Below, in pieces: positions 1 through 9,810 of a DNA stretch of 64,000 nt (within the stretch, counting starts at the first letter, position 1; each line of letters begins with the position of its first letter). Origin of the DNA: Eubacteriales bacterium (GTDB taxonomy: Bacteria > Bacillota > Clostridia > Oscillospirales > CAG-272). The notes below the pieces were generated by a model. The model did no database searches. It was not told the origin of the DNA and worked only from the letters and a program-made list of their open reading frames with translations. Both the position numbers and the translations under genes were made by a program. The DNA is taken from contig JAZQWM010000082.1 in the NCBI GenBank assembly GCA_045632345.1, forward strand, positions 147,686-211,685. Direction: 5' to 3'.

Positions 1-1
1 T

Positions 2-1441
2 GGTGTTACAACGATTGCCGGTGGTATCGGTACGGATAATACGCCTAAGGGTCTTTTCTACGGAAACAAGCACCTTGAGGAAATTATTCTTCCAATGTCC
101 CTTGAAAACGTTGAGGCTACCGCGTTTGGTAACATCGACACGCTTTTAACAATTCAAGGTATTGAATATATTTCAGGCAAGATTGATAAGCAGGCGTTTA
201 AGCAAACAGCTAACTCCAAGCTCTTTATTGAAAGATTTGAAATCAACGCAAACAGCATCGGAGAGGAAGCGTTCTATAACATAACAATGACCTCTCTTAC
301 ATTTGGCGAAGGTGTAAGCACTATCAGTTACAGGGCGTTTGGTCTTGATGAGGGTGTTGAAACCAAGCTTCTTGAAATCTTCGTTGTTGGCAATGAAAAT
401 AAAGCATATGATGGAGTAACGCTTTCAAGATACAACACAGACTTCAAGCGTTTTTCTTCACTTAATAGCGGACATCAGTTTGATAATTTAGGTATGGTTT
501 ACGTTGAGCATGACTACATTGTTACAACAACAAAGCCAACGTGTCAAGAGGGCGGATTTGACTATAAGATATGTGAGCACTGCGGCGAAGAAAAAATTGA
601 TAACTATACTGATCCTATCGACCATGACTATAAGCTAATTGATCCACCTGTTCACTCAACATGCACAAAGCAAGGTTATGAGGGAACACAATGTACAATG
701 TGTGGCGACATTATCGTTACAAAGTATTATCCAAAAGACCCTAACACTCACGATTATACGTTCTCACAAAAGAACAGCCTTGAAAACATTTGCGAATACG
801 ATTATCACATTATCGGCGTTTGTGAATGTGGTGAGAGCGATCCTAACCCAGATAACTGGATCTTTATGGAAAAGACAGGCGAGCATATTTGGGACGAAAG
901 AAATCCTGTAAACTACGTAGCTCCTACTTGTGGCGAGGAAGGCAGAACTACCGTTCAATGCACCTACTGCGGATACACGGTTGATATTCTTCAAGCGCCA
1001 ACAGGCAAGCATACCATGGTAACAGACAACAAAAAGACAATTCCTGCTACATGCTCAACTAGGGGTACAATGGCATGGGTTTGCGACGTATGTGGGGAAA
1101 CCAAGGAAAGAAAGGTTGACAAGGATCCTAACAACCACGAATGGGAAAAGGACGAAAAGGGCAACCTTGTATGGACTGTAAGAGTTGCGGCGACTGCTGA
1201 AAAGGCAGGTACTGCACAAAACGTATGTACAGGCACTGGCTGTAAGAAGATTCAAACAAAGGGTATTCCTGTTACCTCAGAGCAAACAGAGGATACGTCA
1301 AAGCTCCTGCTTATTCTCTTAATTGTAGGCGGCGGTGTTTTAGTTCTCGGTGGTCTTGGTATCACTCTTTACTATACAGTATTTAAGAAGAACGCTTCTT
1401 CCGGATACAAATATAAGTTTAATACACTTGGTAAGAAATAA
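2..1441 (+). CDS. Cell-surface protein with BspA-type leucine-rich repeats, Cys/His-rich repeats and a C-terminal TM anchor (5' end outside window)
   Basis: Frame is open from position 2 (GVTTIAGG...LEEIILPMSLENVEATAF). LRR-like motifs (LTFGEGVSTISYRAF), repeated PTC..G..CxxCG..H units, hydrophobic helix plus basic tail. Confidence 0.75.
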   Translation, partial: GVTTIAGGIGTDNTPKGLFYGNKHLEEIILPMSLENVEATAFGNIDTLLTIQGIEYISGKIDKQAFKQTANSKLFIERFEINANSIGEEAFYNITMTSLTFGEGVSTISYRAFGLDEGVETKLLEIFVVGNENKAYDGVTLSRYNTDFKRFSSLNSGHQFDNLGMVYVEHDYIVTTTKPTCQEGGFDYKICEHCGEEKIDNYTDPIDHDYKLIDPPVHSTCTKQGYEGTQCTMCGDIIVTKYYPKDPNTHDYTFSQKNSLENICEYDYHIIGVCECGESDPNPDNWIFMEKTGEHIWDERNPVNYVAPTCGEEGRTTVQCTYCGYTVDILQAPTGKHTMVTDNKKTIPATCSTRGTMAWVCDVCGETKERKVDKDPNNHEWEKDEKGNLVWTVRVAATAEKAGTAQNVCTGTGCKKIQTKGIPVTSEQTEDTSKLLLILLIVGGGVLVLGGLGITLYYTVFKKNASSGYKYKFNTLGKK

Positions 1442-1444
1442 CAT

Positions 1445-1474
1445 AAAACGCAACCGAAATCGGTTGCGTTTTTT
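1445..1474 (+). terminator. Rho-independent terminator
   Basis: AAAACGCAACCG-aaat-CGGTTGCGTTTT then a T run. Confidence 0.85.
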
Positions 1475-1563
1475 AGTTGACTATGGCTAAGTAATAATTT
1501 TCTTGAAATTTATTTCTTTATATGATACAATATGTGTGTAAATTTGAAAAATGAGGGCGGAAT

Positions 1564-2223
1564 ATGATTACCTTTGAGCAAATTCGTAACGATACAAAAA
1601 TAAGAGCCTTTATAAAGGAAGCGTACAACAGCTTAAGAGAGATTGGCTATACTGAGCATGGCTTTGCCCACGTAGGCTTAGTGGCTGACAGAGCAAGCTA
1701 TATTTTAAAGGAGCTTGGTTATAGCGAAAGAGATATTGAGCTTTCCAAAATTGCCGCGTTTATGCACGATATCGGTAATATAGTCAACAGACGCGACCAC
1801 GCTCAGAGCGGAGCTATAATTGCATTTAGACTCCTTGATAATATGGGCATGGAGCCAGATGAGCTTGCCAAGGTGGTTTGTGCCATCGGTAATCACGATG
1901 AGGGTACAGGCGGAAGCGTAAATCCTATTGCCGCAGCGCTTATTTTAGGGGATAAGACGGACGTGCGCCGCAGCCGTGTTTCCGAAATAGACTCAGCAAA
2001 ATTCGATATTCACGATAAGGTAAATTATTCCGTTATAAGCTCTAATCTTGAGTTTAACAAAAGCAAAACAGAGCTTACATTATCTCTTGAAATTGACACG
2101 GAAATAAGCTCCGTTATGGATTATTTTGAAATTTTCCTTGAAAGAATGGTTATGTGCAAAAAAGCGTGCAACTATCTTGGCGTTACCTTTGCTTTAACAG
2201 TAAACGGACAAAAAATCGCATAA
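1564..2223 (+). CDS. HD-domain phosphohydrolase
   Basis: H...HDIG...HD...D motif pattern. Confidence 0.85.
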   Translation: MITFEQIRNDTKIRAFIKEAYNSLREIGYTEHGFAHVGLVADRASYILKELGYSERDIELSKIAAFMHDIGNIVNRRDHAQSGAIIAFRLLDNMGMEPDELAKVVCAIGNHDEGTGGSVNPIAAALILGDKTDVRRSRVSEIDSAKFDIHDKVNYSVISSNLEFNKSKTELTLSLEIDTEISSVMDYFEIFLERMVMCKKACNYLGVTFALTVNGQKIA

Positions 2224-2262
2224 AGAAATCACCAAATGAATTACTTCATTTGGTGTTTTCTT

Positions 2263-3378
2263 TTATAGATATTCCTTAGACAGCTCCTCAATATAGCTTG
2301 CAAGCTCCCTATCCTCAATTAAGTGGTTGTACTTTGCAATATAGCGTCTTAGAGCTTCCTTGTTGATTTCCTTTGGCTTTCCGCCAAGCTTATTTAAAAG
2401 GTTGTCGGAGAAAATCTTTTGAGCTGCCTCGTCTGAAATTTTAATGCCCTTTATCATAGTATCGTCAAAGGATGAAATTGTATCGTCAGTTGCTACGTAG
2501 CGATAAACTCTGTCGCAGAGCCAAACTCCCGCTTCTAAATGAGGTGTAAAGTCCATATCCGTGCCGAAGATAATTCTGTCTTGATACTTAGTAAAGAAGT
2601 CCTTAAAGTAGTCGTATCTTTTGTTAAAGCCGATGTACATTTCTCCGCCCGGAGTTAAGTCAACACAAAGGTTTTTGTATTTTGCAAGCATATCCTCTAT
2701 TTTCTCAGGGTTTTCAGAGCAGAAAAAGAAATGTGCTAGGCAAAGATTTAGATTAGGGTGCTTGCTTAGGAAATTATCCACTTGATTATATAGGTCGGTA
2801 TAGTGAGGGAATTTTGTCTTGTCGCCGTAATACCAGCCTCTTTTAATATTGTCCTCAGTTGCGTTAGTCCAGAAGGTGTCTGGGTCAATGGCGTGCATAA
2901 GAACGTAAGTGCCTTCTCTTTCCATTTTAGCTAACGCTTCATCAAAGAAGCTACTATCTAGAGGTTGACCTACCTTAGCGTAAAGATTTGGCTTGCCCTC
3001 AAGCATTTTAACTCCGTCAAAGCCGATTTCGTTAAGCTCGTCAAGCTGAGTTGTAAGGGACATATCCGCATTTTTCATTTCATCCTCATTGGCAGGATAT
3101 GATGGGTATATAAAGCCGCCGTATGCAAAGGTGTCCTTATTTGCCAGCTTATAAAACGCGCACATAATGTTGTTGCTTACGTCTCTTGGCGCAGGGATAG
3201 GATTGCCTGATGGAAGTGAGGCAAGAGCTATATATTTAAGTCCGCAGGTTTTTCTGTATTCCTCAAGACCGTGAATATAGCTTTCTCCTGTTTTCTCATC
3301 GCGCCATCTGTGTATATGTATATGTCCGTCAAAGGGGTTTTTGACTGTTGGAAACGGTATTTCTAAATATTTTCCCAT
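2263..3378 (-). CDS. Amidohydrolase family protein
   Basis: DGHIH, LAHFF and FGTD motifs. Start moved to ATG 3378, which follows an AAGGAG RBS. Confidence 0.8.
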   Translation of the reverse strand: MGKYLEIPFPTVKNPFDGHIHIHRWRDEKTGESYIHGLEEYRKTCGLKYIALASLPSGNPIPAPRDVSNNIMCAFYKLANKDTFAYGGFIYPSYPANEDEMKNADMSLTTQLDELNEIGFDGVKMLEGKPNLYAKVGQPLDSSFFDEALAKMEREGTYVLMHAIDPDTFWTNATEDNIKRGWYYGDKTKFPHYTDLYNQVDNFLSKHPNLNLCLAHFFFCSENPEKIEDMLAKYKNLCVDLTPGGEMYIGFNKRYDYFKDFFTKYQDRIIFGTDMDFTPHLEAGVWLCDRVYRYVATDDTISSFDDTMIKGIKISDEAAQKIFSDNLLNKLGGKPKEINKEALRRYIAKYNHLIEDRELASYIEELSKEYL

Positions 3379-3479
3379 GCTTTGCTCCTTAATTTTAGTT
3401 GATTTTATTGTATCATAATGCGTAATAAATTTCAAGGAGTTTGTTGCATTAAAAAAAGAGCCAAAGGCTCTTTTTTTAA

Positions 3480-3581
3480 TTAGGATTTCTTACGAATAAC
3501 AAACCAGAATAAGCTAAATCCACCGCCGCCAATAATAAGGACTGAGCCTATGCAAATAAGAACTACAACCCCTGTACCCAT
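3480..3581 (-). pseudogene. Orphan C-terminal membrane-anchor remnant of a surface protein
   Basis: GVVVLICIGSVLIIGGGGFSLFWFVIRKKS resembles the anchor of the protein at 2..1441 but has no ectodomain upstream. Confidence 0.45.
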
Positions 3582-3705
3582 TGTCTTTGGCACAAGCGGT
3601 GAAATTCTGGCGCAAGTGGTAAAATCTGCTCTCTTGCTTTGTAAGGACGCGCCCCGTCCCAAAAAAGAAAAAGCCCTTTGGCTTTACCAAACGGCTTTTA
3701 CTATT

Positions 3706-5337
3706 TTAAATTTTGCTTAAATCAAACTGCACTTCCATTTTAGAGCCCTTATCGTCGCACGCCTCTGCCTTAATAAAGTCTAAGCAAGAAATTGTGAGCT
3801 TACATTCTATACTATCGTCAGCGTTTACGCCCTCAGGCTTTTTAAGAGAAATTTTGCCTATTACGCGCTCGCCCTTACCAACGTCGCACGCAAATTGCTC
3901 ATCGGAGCATTCCGACTCGCATATTTCAATTTCAATAGCCTTTATTTCTCTGCCGTTATCCTCAGGGGAAAGTCCTCTGAATAACGCGGTAACAGGTAGT
4001 TACTCTCCCTTTTTAAGCAGATTTTGAACCACGTACTCGTTGGAGTCCGCCTTTTTGCATCTTACGCCGTAGGATAAAGGTAAAATATCCTTAAGCAATC
4101 CTTTGCCCTGCTTGTTGCTAAGCATAACGCCTGTTACGCTTCCGCAGGACGGTAATACGATGCTGTCAGCAGATACAGGTGGATTTATGATGCTCTCAAA
4201 GTCCTCAACCGTATCAACGTCATAGCCAAGGGATTCCACCTTATCTACAATCTTCTTAGCATAAATAGCGGCTCCGTCCGCTATTGCATATTCAGGTATA
4301 TGTAATATAATTTCGCAGTCCCCGAATCTGTCCTCTAAGGCTTCCCTTACCTGTGGCATATTAGACGCCCCGCCAACACAGATAATTTCCTCTATGTCTA
4401 TTTTGCCGCAATGCTTATTATAAATTTTTTCAAGCTTGGTTACAGTTTCATCTAAAAGCTCCACCGTTAACTCGTTAAAGGTGTCTCTTGATATTGGAAT
4501 TTCAAGCAGCTTTGGCTTGCCCTCTAAATCAAGGTTGACGCGGATTTTTACCTCGGCTCTTTTGCTAAGGTCCTCCTTTGCCTTTTTAACCGCCTTGAGA
4601 ATTTCGTTTTGGTTGGCTTGGTTAGTTAAGATATCGTTTCTTTCTACTCGATTTTCCTCTTCTTTGTCTATAACGTAATCAAAAAGCACCTGGTCCCAAT
4701 CTCTGCCGCCCACTCTTACCGTATCGCTATCTAATACCGTATATTCGGCAAGGTCCTGACAATCAGCGCAAACGAGAGCAATATCGCACGTTCCGCCACC
4801 AAGGTCATAAACCAATATGCCCTTGCCCGCCTCGGGTCTATTTGGGTTATTGTGATAATACGCAAGTGCCGCCGCAACAGGCTCTTTAATTCTTCCTAAA
4901 ATTTTGATAGGCGCACCGCCTAAGCAGCTCGCGGCGCTCTTTGTAAGCACGCTAATTTCAGTCATGCTGAACTTAGCATGGTGGCACACAACGATTCCCT
5001 TTATATGAGGGTCGTTTATTTGCTCCAAGCCCTCTCTCTACGCATGCTCAAGCACTTCCTTATAAATTGATTTTATAATATCCTCAGCTAAAAACGTTCT
5101 GCCGTCCAAATCAAAGCGTTGACCCATCTTCATTTTTACGTCGCGAACTATATTGTCGGCAAAAATTCCCTGCGCCGCATCGTCCGCCTCCTCGCCAACA
5201 ATTACGTTTTGAACGGAATCGTAATAAAACAAAGACGGAGTGCCGTAGGTTCCGCTTGATAAAAGTCTTAACGAATTTTGATTATGAAACACAGCCGTTT
5301 GTGAAAACACCGTTCCAAAATCCACACCTATATACAT
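3706..5337 (-). pseudogene. Hsp70/DnaK-like protein B, two in-frame nonsense codons
   Basis: GVDFGT, EPVAAA, DLGGGTCD and VGGASNMP motifs. One frame is interrupted by TAG (5038-5040) and TAA (4000-4002), with similarity to paralog A continuing past both. Confidence 0.85.
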
Positions 5338-5388
5338 TTTCGTTCCCCCTTAATGACTAAAAATGCTAACGTATAATTCTTTTGAAAT

Positions 5389-6959
5389 CTATTTTGCAAT
5401 TCTAAATGCTGCCTTGATGTGATTTCCGTTTGCATCATGGGCTTCAAGCTGAATATTGTCTAGGCTATTCATTGTCAACGCACATTCAACCTGCACGCCC
5501 TCCATAATGCCGTTTGGTATTTCAAGTAAAATATGTCCAACCTCCTCTGTATTTACAGAGCCATTTAACGGATAGTTACGATCGGTGCATTCGGATTCAA
5601 AAACCTCGATTTTTACAGACGTTCCGCTACCCACTAATCTGAAATTGTCATAGCTTCCTGTTGCAGGTAAAACGTCGCCCTTTGTAAGAATATTATGGAC
5701 CACGAAGTTGTTAGAGCCAACAAACTCCCTGCAACGGATTCCGTAGGAGAACGGAAGCTTGTCCTCAATAATATCTCTTATTACCACGCCTGTTGCTCTC
5801 TCTGTAATTGGGTCATCGCCAACCGGATTTAAGCCGTAGCCGTTTTCAATCATTTTACTCATGATTTTTCCTGCAAAAATAGCCGCGCCGTTTACGGTGG
5901 CGTATTCAGGCTTGTAAATTCTAACGGTGCAATCTGTGAATTTGTTTTTGATTGCTTCGCCTATTTGCGGCATATTAGATGCGCCGCCAACGCAAATTAT
6001 TTCCTTGATTTTCACGCTATCGCGGTTTCTTTGATACACTCTGTCAAGTAAATCTATGGCGTTATTAAGTAAATCAGCGGTAATCGCTTCAAAATCACGT
6101 CGCGTAATTGGAATACCTCTTGATAATCCCGGATATGAATATATCGCGCTGATGGTAGGTCTTATTAAGCAGTCTTCCTTTTTAGAAAGCTGGTGCTTGG
6201 TTGTGTTTACTGCCTTTCTTAAATCGTTTTCCATAGCAGCGTTGCCTGATACTGCAACTGCGCCGTTGGTTACCATGTTGATTTTCTCAAGCGCGTAATT
6301 ATAGAGTGCCTTATCCCAGTCTCTGCCGCCTACTCTTATCATGTCGCTGTCTGCTACGCAATATTCGGCTGCGTCGTTTTCGTCCACCTGCACTAAAGCC
6401 ACGTCGCAAGTTCCGCCGCCTAAGTCAAACACAATGATACCGTCGCCGTTACCAAATCTATCGCGTGTGTCGCGGTAATATGATATTGCTGCCGCAACAG
6501 GCTCCTTTAATGCGCCTACCACGGGAATCGGATTTTGACTGTCGATAGAGCTTCTTGCAGCCTCGCAAAGAGCGTTAATTTCTCTTATGTTGAACTTGGC
6601 TGGGTGTGTAATTACAATTCCGTCAATATTAAAGTCAATAATATTCTTTTTGCCCTCGTCATCAGCCTGCTCTAATATTGCTTTGTATATTTTTTAACGA
6701 TTTCATCAGAGGTAAATTCCTTGCCGCTTAAAATAAAGCGTTGTCCAAGCTTCATTTTAACCTCTCTTACAACGTTTGACGCGTTTATTCCTTGAGCTAA
6801 GTTTTCTGCCTCGTCGCCAACCACCTCGCCGTCCATGTCGTCATAGTAAAACGATGAGGGTAAGCCGTACACGCCTGCTGAAACTAATCTTAATACGTGA
6901 TTATTGTTATCAACAGCCACCTGTGAAAAGGACGTGCCAAAATCTACTCCTAAATACAT
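5389..6959 (-). pseudogene. Hsp70/DnaK-like protein A, frameshifted
   Basis: Same Hsp70 motifs. Adding one A to the A6 run at 6690-6695 restores IVKKIYKAILEQA, matching IIKSIYKEVLEHA in paralog B (~523 aa). Confidence 0.85.
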
Positions 6960-7006
6960 ATTTCTTCTCTCCTATAATTTTCTTATCCTAATAAAGATGA
7001 GGGATT

Positions 7007-8688
7007 TTAAGCCTCGGTACTGTCTGCTTCGTTGTCTGTTATCTGGCTATCCTCGGCTACGTTAACGGGAATTGAGCTGATTTCAACCTCTTCCTTTGAT
7101 TTAACAACGTCTCCCCACATAAAGCCCTTCTTCACGCTCTTTGTTACGTATGAGTTGCGTGGGTCATAATCGTTGCCTTGCACTCTTGCCTTGTGCTTTT
7201 TAACGTCAAATTTTTCGCCAACAGGAGTTTCGAAGGATACTAACGCATAGTCTTCAAGACAAAGCTCCACAATTTCCATAAACATTTCAAGTCTGTTTAA
7301 AACGTCGAATTTTGGAACAAGGTCCTCTGTATGACTATAACGGTAAGCGTTATACGTAGCAGAGATTTGGTCATAAATCTGTGAAAATTGACTCCATGCG
7401 TACTCGGTATTTTTGTATTCAATCTCGCTTGCCGCTCTGTTAAGAGTTCCCGTTAAGCCATTTACGGTTTCATTGATAGCGTATGAAATTGCTGATAAAA
7501 CGTCCTCAACGCCCTTGAAGGATTCCTGTGCCTGACTTAACGTTGCTTTAACCTCGTCCATGCTTGATCTCGTATCAACAACTGCCTTTTTAACGCTTGC
7601 TCTGTCTGCTATTACAAAGGAAGAAACCTCGTTTTTCTTTTCTGCCACAAAGCTCTTATATTCAGCCAAATATTTTGCTTCGCTTTCCTCCGCCTGTCTT
7701 AACGTCTTTTTTGCGTTATCAAGCATTTTATTAGCATTATTTTGAGCTTCCTCAATAATTGTTTTTGCTTGAAGCTCTGCGTTCTTTATTATACTTTCAG
7801 CCTGAGCCTGTGCTTCATCAAGGATTTTTTGGCGTCGTCCTTTTCTTCCTCGATTTCAGCTTCTGTGATTTCCACCTCGGTTTCTTCTGCTTCCTCAAGC
7901 TCAGCTTTCTCGATTTCGTTCTCCTCAAGCTCGGCTTCCTCGCTTGACTCCATAAAGGTAACGTTAATTGAGCCGTTTTCGTCTTCCTCTACAACGATTT
8001 CAAGCTCGCTGTTTTCCTCGGTGTCTTGGCTTTCAATAACGTCAATTTCCGTATTTTCAGCCTCTTTTTCAATCTCTTTTTCAATCTCTTTTTCAGCCTG
8101 TACCTCCGCTGAAATCTCCTCTGCCTTTACTTCCTTGGCAGAAGTATCGCACTCGATTTTTTGTTCAGCGGAAATAGTATCGTTTTCGAGACCTTGAGCC
8201 TTTGGCTCCTCGCTAGTCTCGTTTTTATTCGTTTTAATGCTAAAGATTCTGCTTATAAGCTTATCAAGCTTTAATATAAGCTCCTGACATTCCTTTTGAC
8301 CCGGTAATCTTTTCATTCTGTGCTGTTCCCTTCCGCTGTTTACAAATCTTACGTATGGATTTCCTGTAAATTTGCCGTTTGACATATAATATTCGTTAAT
8401 TAAATCAAGCCATCTGCATAGGTCCTCGATTTTTAAGGCATTTTCAACGTCAAATGCCTCATTGCAGGATATTTTAAGGCAAACTAATCTGTCGCCAATT
8501 TGCTTGTCTATTTCAAACGCATTTACGCCGCAGCTTATAAATGGACTTTCCATGCTTTCGTTTATCTCGCTTATAATCAAGCTTGCCACGTTTCGCACGT
8601 CATTTTCAGTTAAAGACCCCATTCTTCCCTCTTGACGAATACGGTCAATATATGCGCAAAATAGCTGCTTTGATGTAATATCCTTCAT
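7007..8688 (-). pseudogene. Long GrpE-like protein (N-terminal domain, acidic linker, coiled coil, GrpE-like C-terminus), frameshifted
   Basis: C-terminal GEKFDVKKH...VTKSVKKGF resembles the GrpE beta domain. Adding one A at 7825-7830 joins ORFs 7789..8688 and 7007..7726 (~560 aa). Confidence 0.7.
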
Positions 8689-8873
8689 ACAATACTCCTT
8701 CTATATGGCTATAAAGCCTGCTGACGCAAGACACCTAGCTGACCCCTGTCTTACTAAATCTCAATCGCGCTATCCTTCATTAAATGGAAGGTTGCGCCAC
8801 GCCATATCAATAGGACCAACAAAGCTATCAATATTTAATCGTCCGTGTTATATAATCACTTCGGACCTTTATA

Positions 8874-9788
8874 TTAAAATTCAATACCGCTTAAATACCG
8901 TGTGCCTGTGTCGGGTAATATCACAACGATATTTTTGTTTTTCTCTTTTTTAGCTATCTCTATTGCGCCCCAAAGCGCTGCGCCTGAGGATATGCCGCAC
9001 AGTATGCCCTCTTTTTTTGCAAGAAGCTTCATACAGCTTATGGCGTCCTCATCCTTAACCTTGATTATTTCATCATAGGACTTAGTATCAAGCACCGACG
9101 GGATAAAGCCTGCGCCTATTCCCTGTAAGCCGTGGGCTCCCTTTTCCTCTCCCGATAAAACGGCTGAGGTGTAAGGCTCAATCGCCACAACCTTAATGCT
9201 TGGATTTTGCTCCTTTAAGTATTTTGAAACGCCTGTTATAGTTCCGCCTGTGCCTACTCCGCATACTAAAATGTCAATTTTCCCCTCAGTATCCGCAAAA
9301 ATCTCAGGACCTGTGGTTAAATAGTGGGCTTGGGGGTTAGACATATTTTCAAATTGACCTGCGATTATACTGTTTTCTATACAAGATTTAATTTCATTCG
9401 CTTTTTCAATTGCAAGCTGCATACCCTGTGCGCCGTCGGTTAAAATTACCTCTGCGCCGTATGCTCTCATTAGCTGAATTCTTTCCTTGGACATGTTGTC
9501 AGGCATTACGATTTTCAGCGTATAGCCGCGTTGAGCGCAAACCAGCGCAAGACCTATTCCGGTATTTCCCGAGGTAGGCTCAATAATTACGGTGTCCTTT
9601 GTTATGAGTCCGCTTTTTTCGTAATCCTCAATCATTTTAAGCGCGGCTCTGTCCTTAATAGAGCCACCCGGATTTACACATTCAGCCTTTACAATTATAT
9701 CACTATATAAATTTAACTCTTTTTTAATATTTCCAAGTTTTATTAAAGGCGTTTTACCTATTATCTCTGTTACGCTGTTAAATATCAT
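8874..9788 (-). CDS. cysK: Cysteine synthase A
   Basis: NPGGSIKDR PLP-lysine motif, PTSGNTG, GVGTGGT, QGIGAGF. Confidence 0.95.
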   Translation of the reverse strand: MIFNSVTEIIGKTPLIKLGNIKKELNLYSDIIVKAECVNPGGSIKDRAALKMIEDYEKSGLITKDTVIIEPTSGNTGIGLALVCAQRGYTLKIVMPDNMSKERIQLMRAYGAEVILTDGAQGMQLAIEKANEIKSCIENSIIAGQFENMSNPQAHYLTTGPEIFADTEGKIDILVCGVGTGGTITGVSKYLKEQNPSIKVVAIEPYTSAVLSGEEKGAHGLQGIGAGFIPSVLDTKSYDEIIKVKDEDAISCMKLLAKKEGILCGISSGAALWGAIEIAKKEKNKNIVVILPDTGTRYLSGIEF

Positions 9789-9810
9789 TTTATTCTCCTA
9801 TTATAATCAT

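Noticed and set aside
4000-5040. Stop-codon reassignment as the cause of in-frame stops in Hsp70-B
   Set aside because: Two different stops are involved (TAG and TAA), and both terminate normal genes elsewhere in the window.
8700-8870. Possible riboswitch upstream of the GrpE-like gene
   Set aside because: Some hairpins are present, but I recognise no aptamer consensus; an Rfam scan would be needed.
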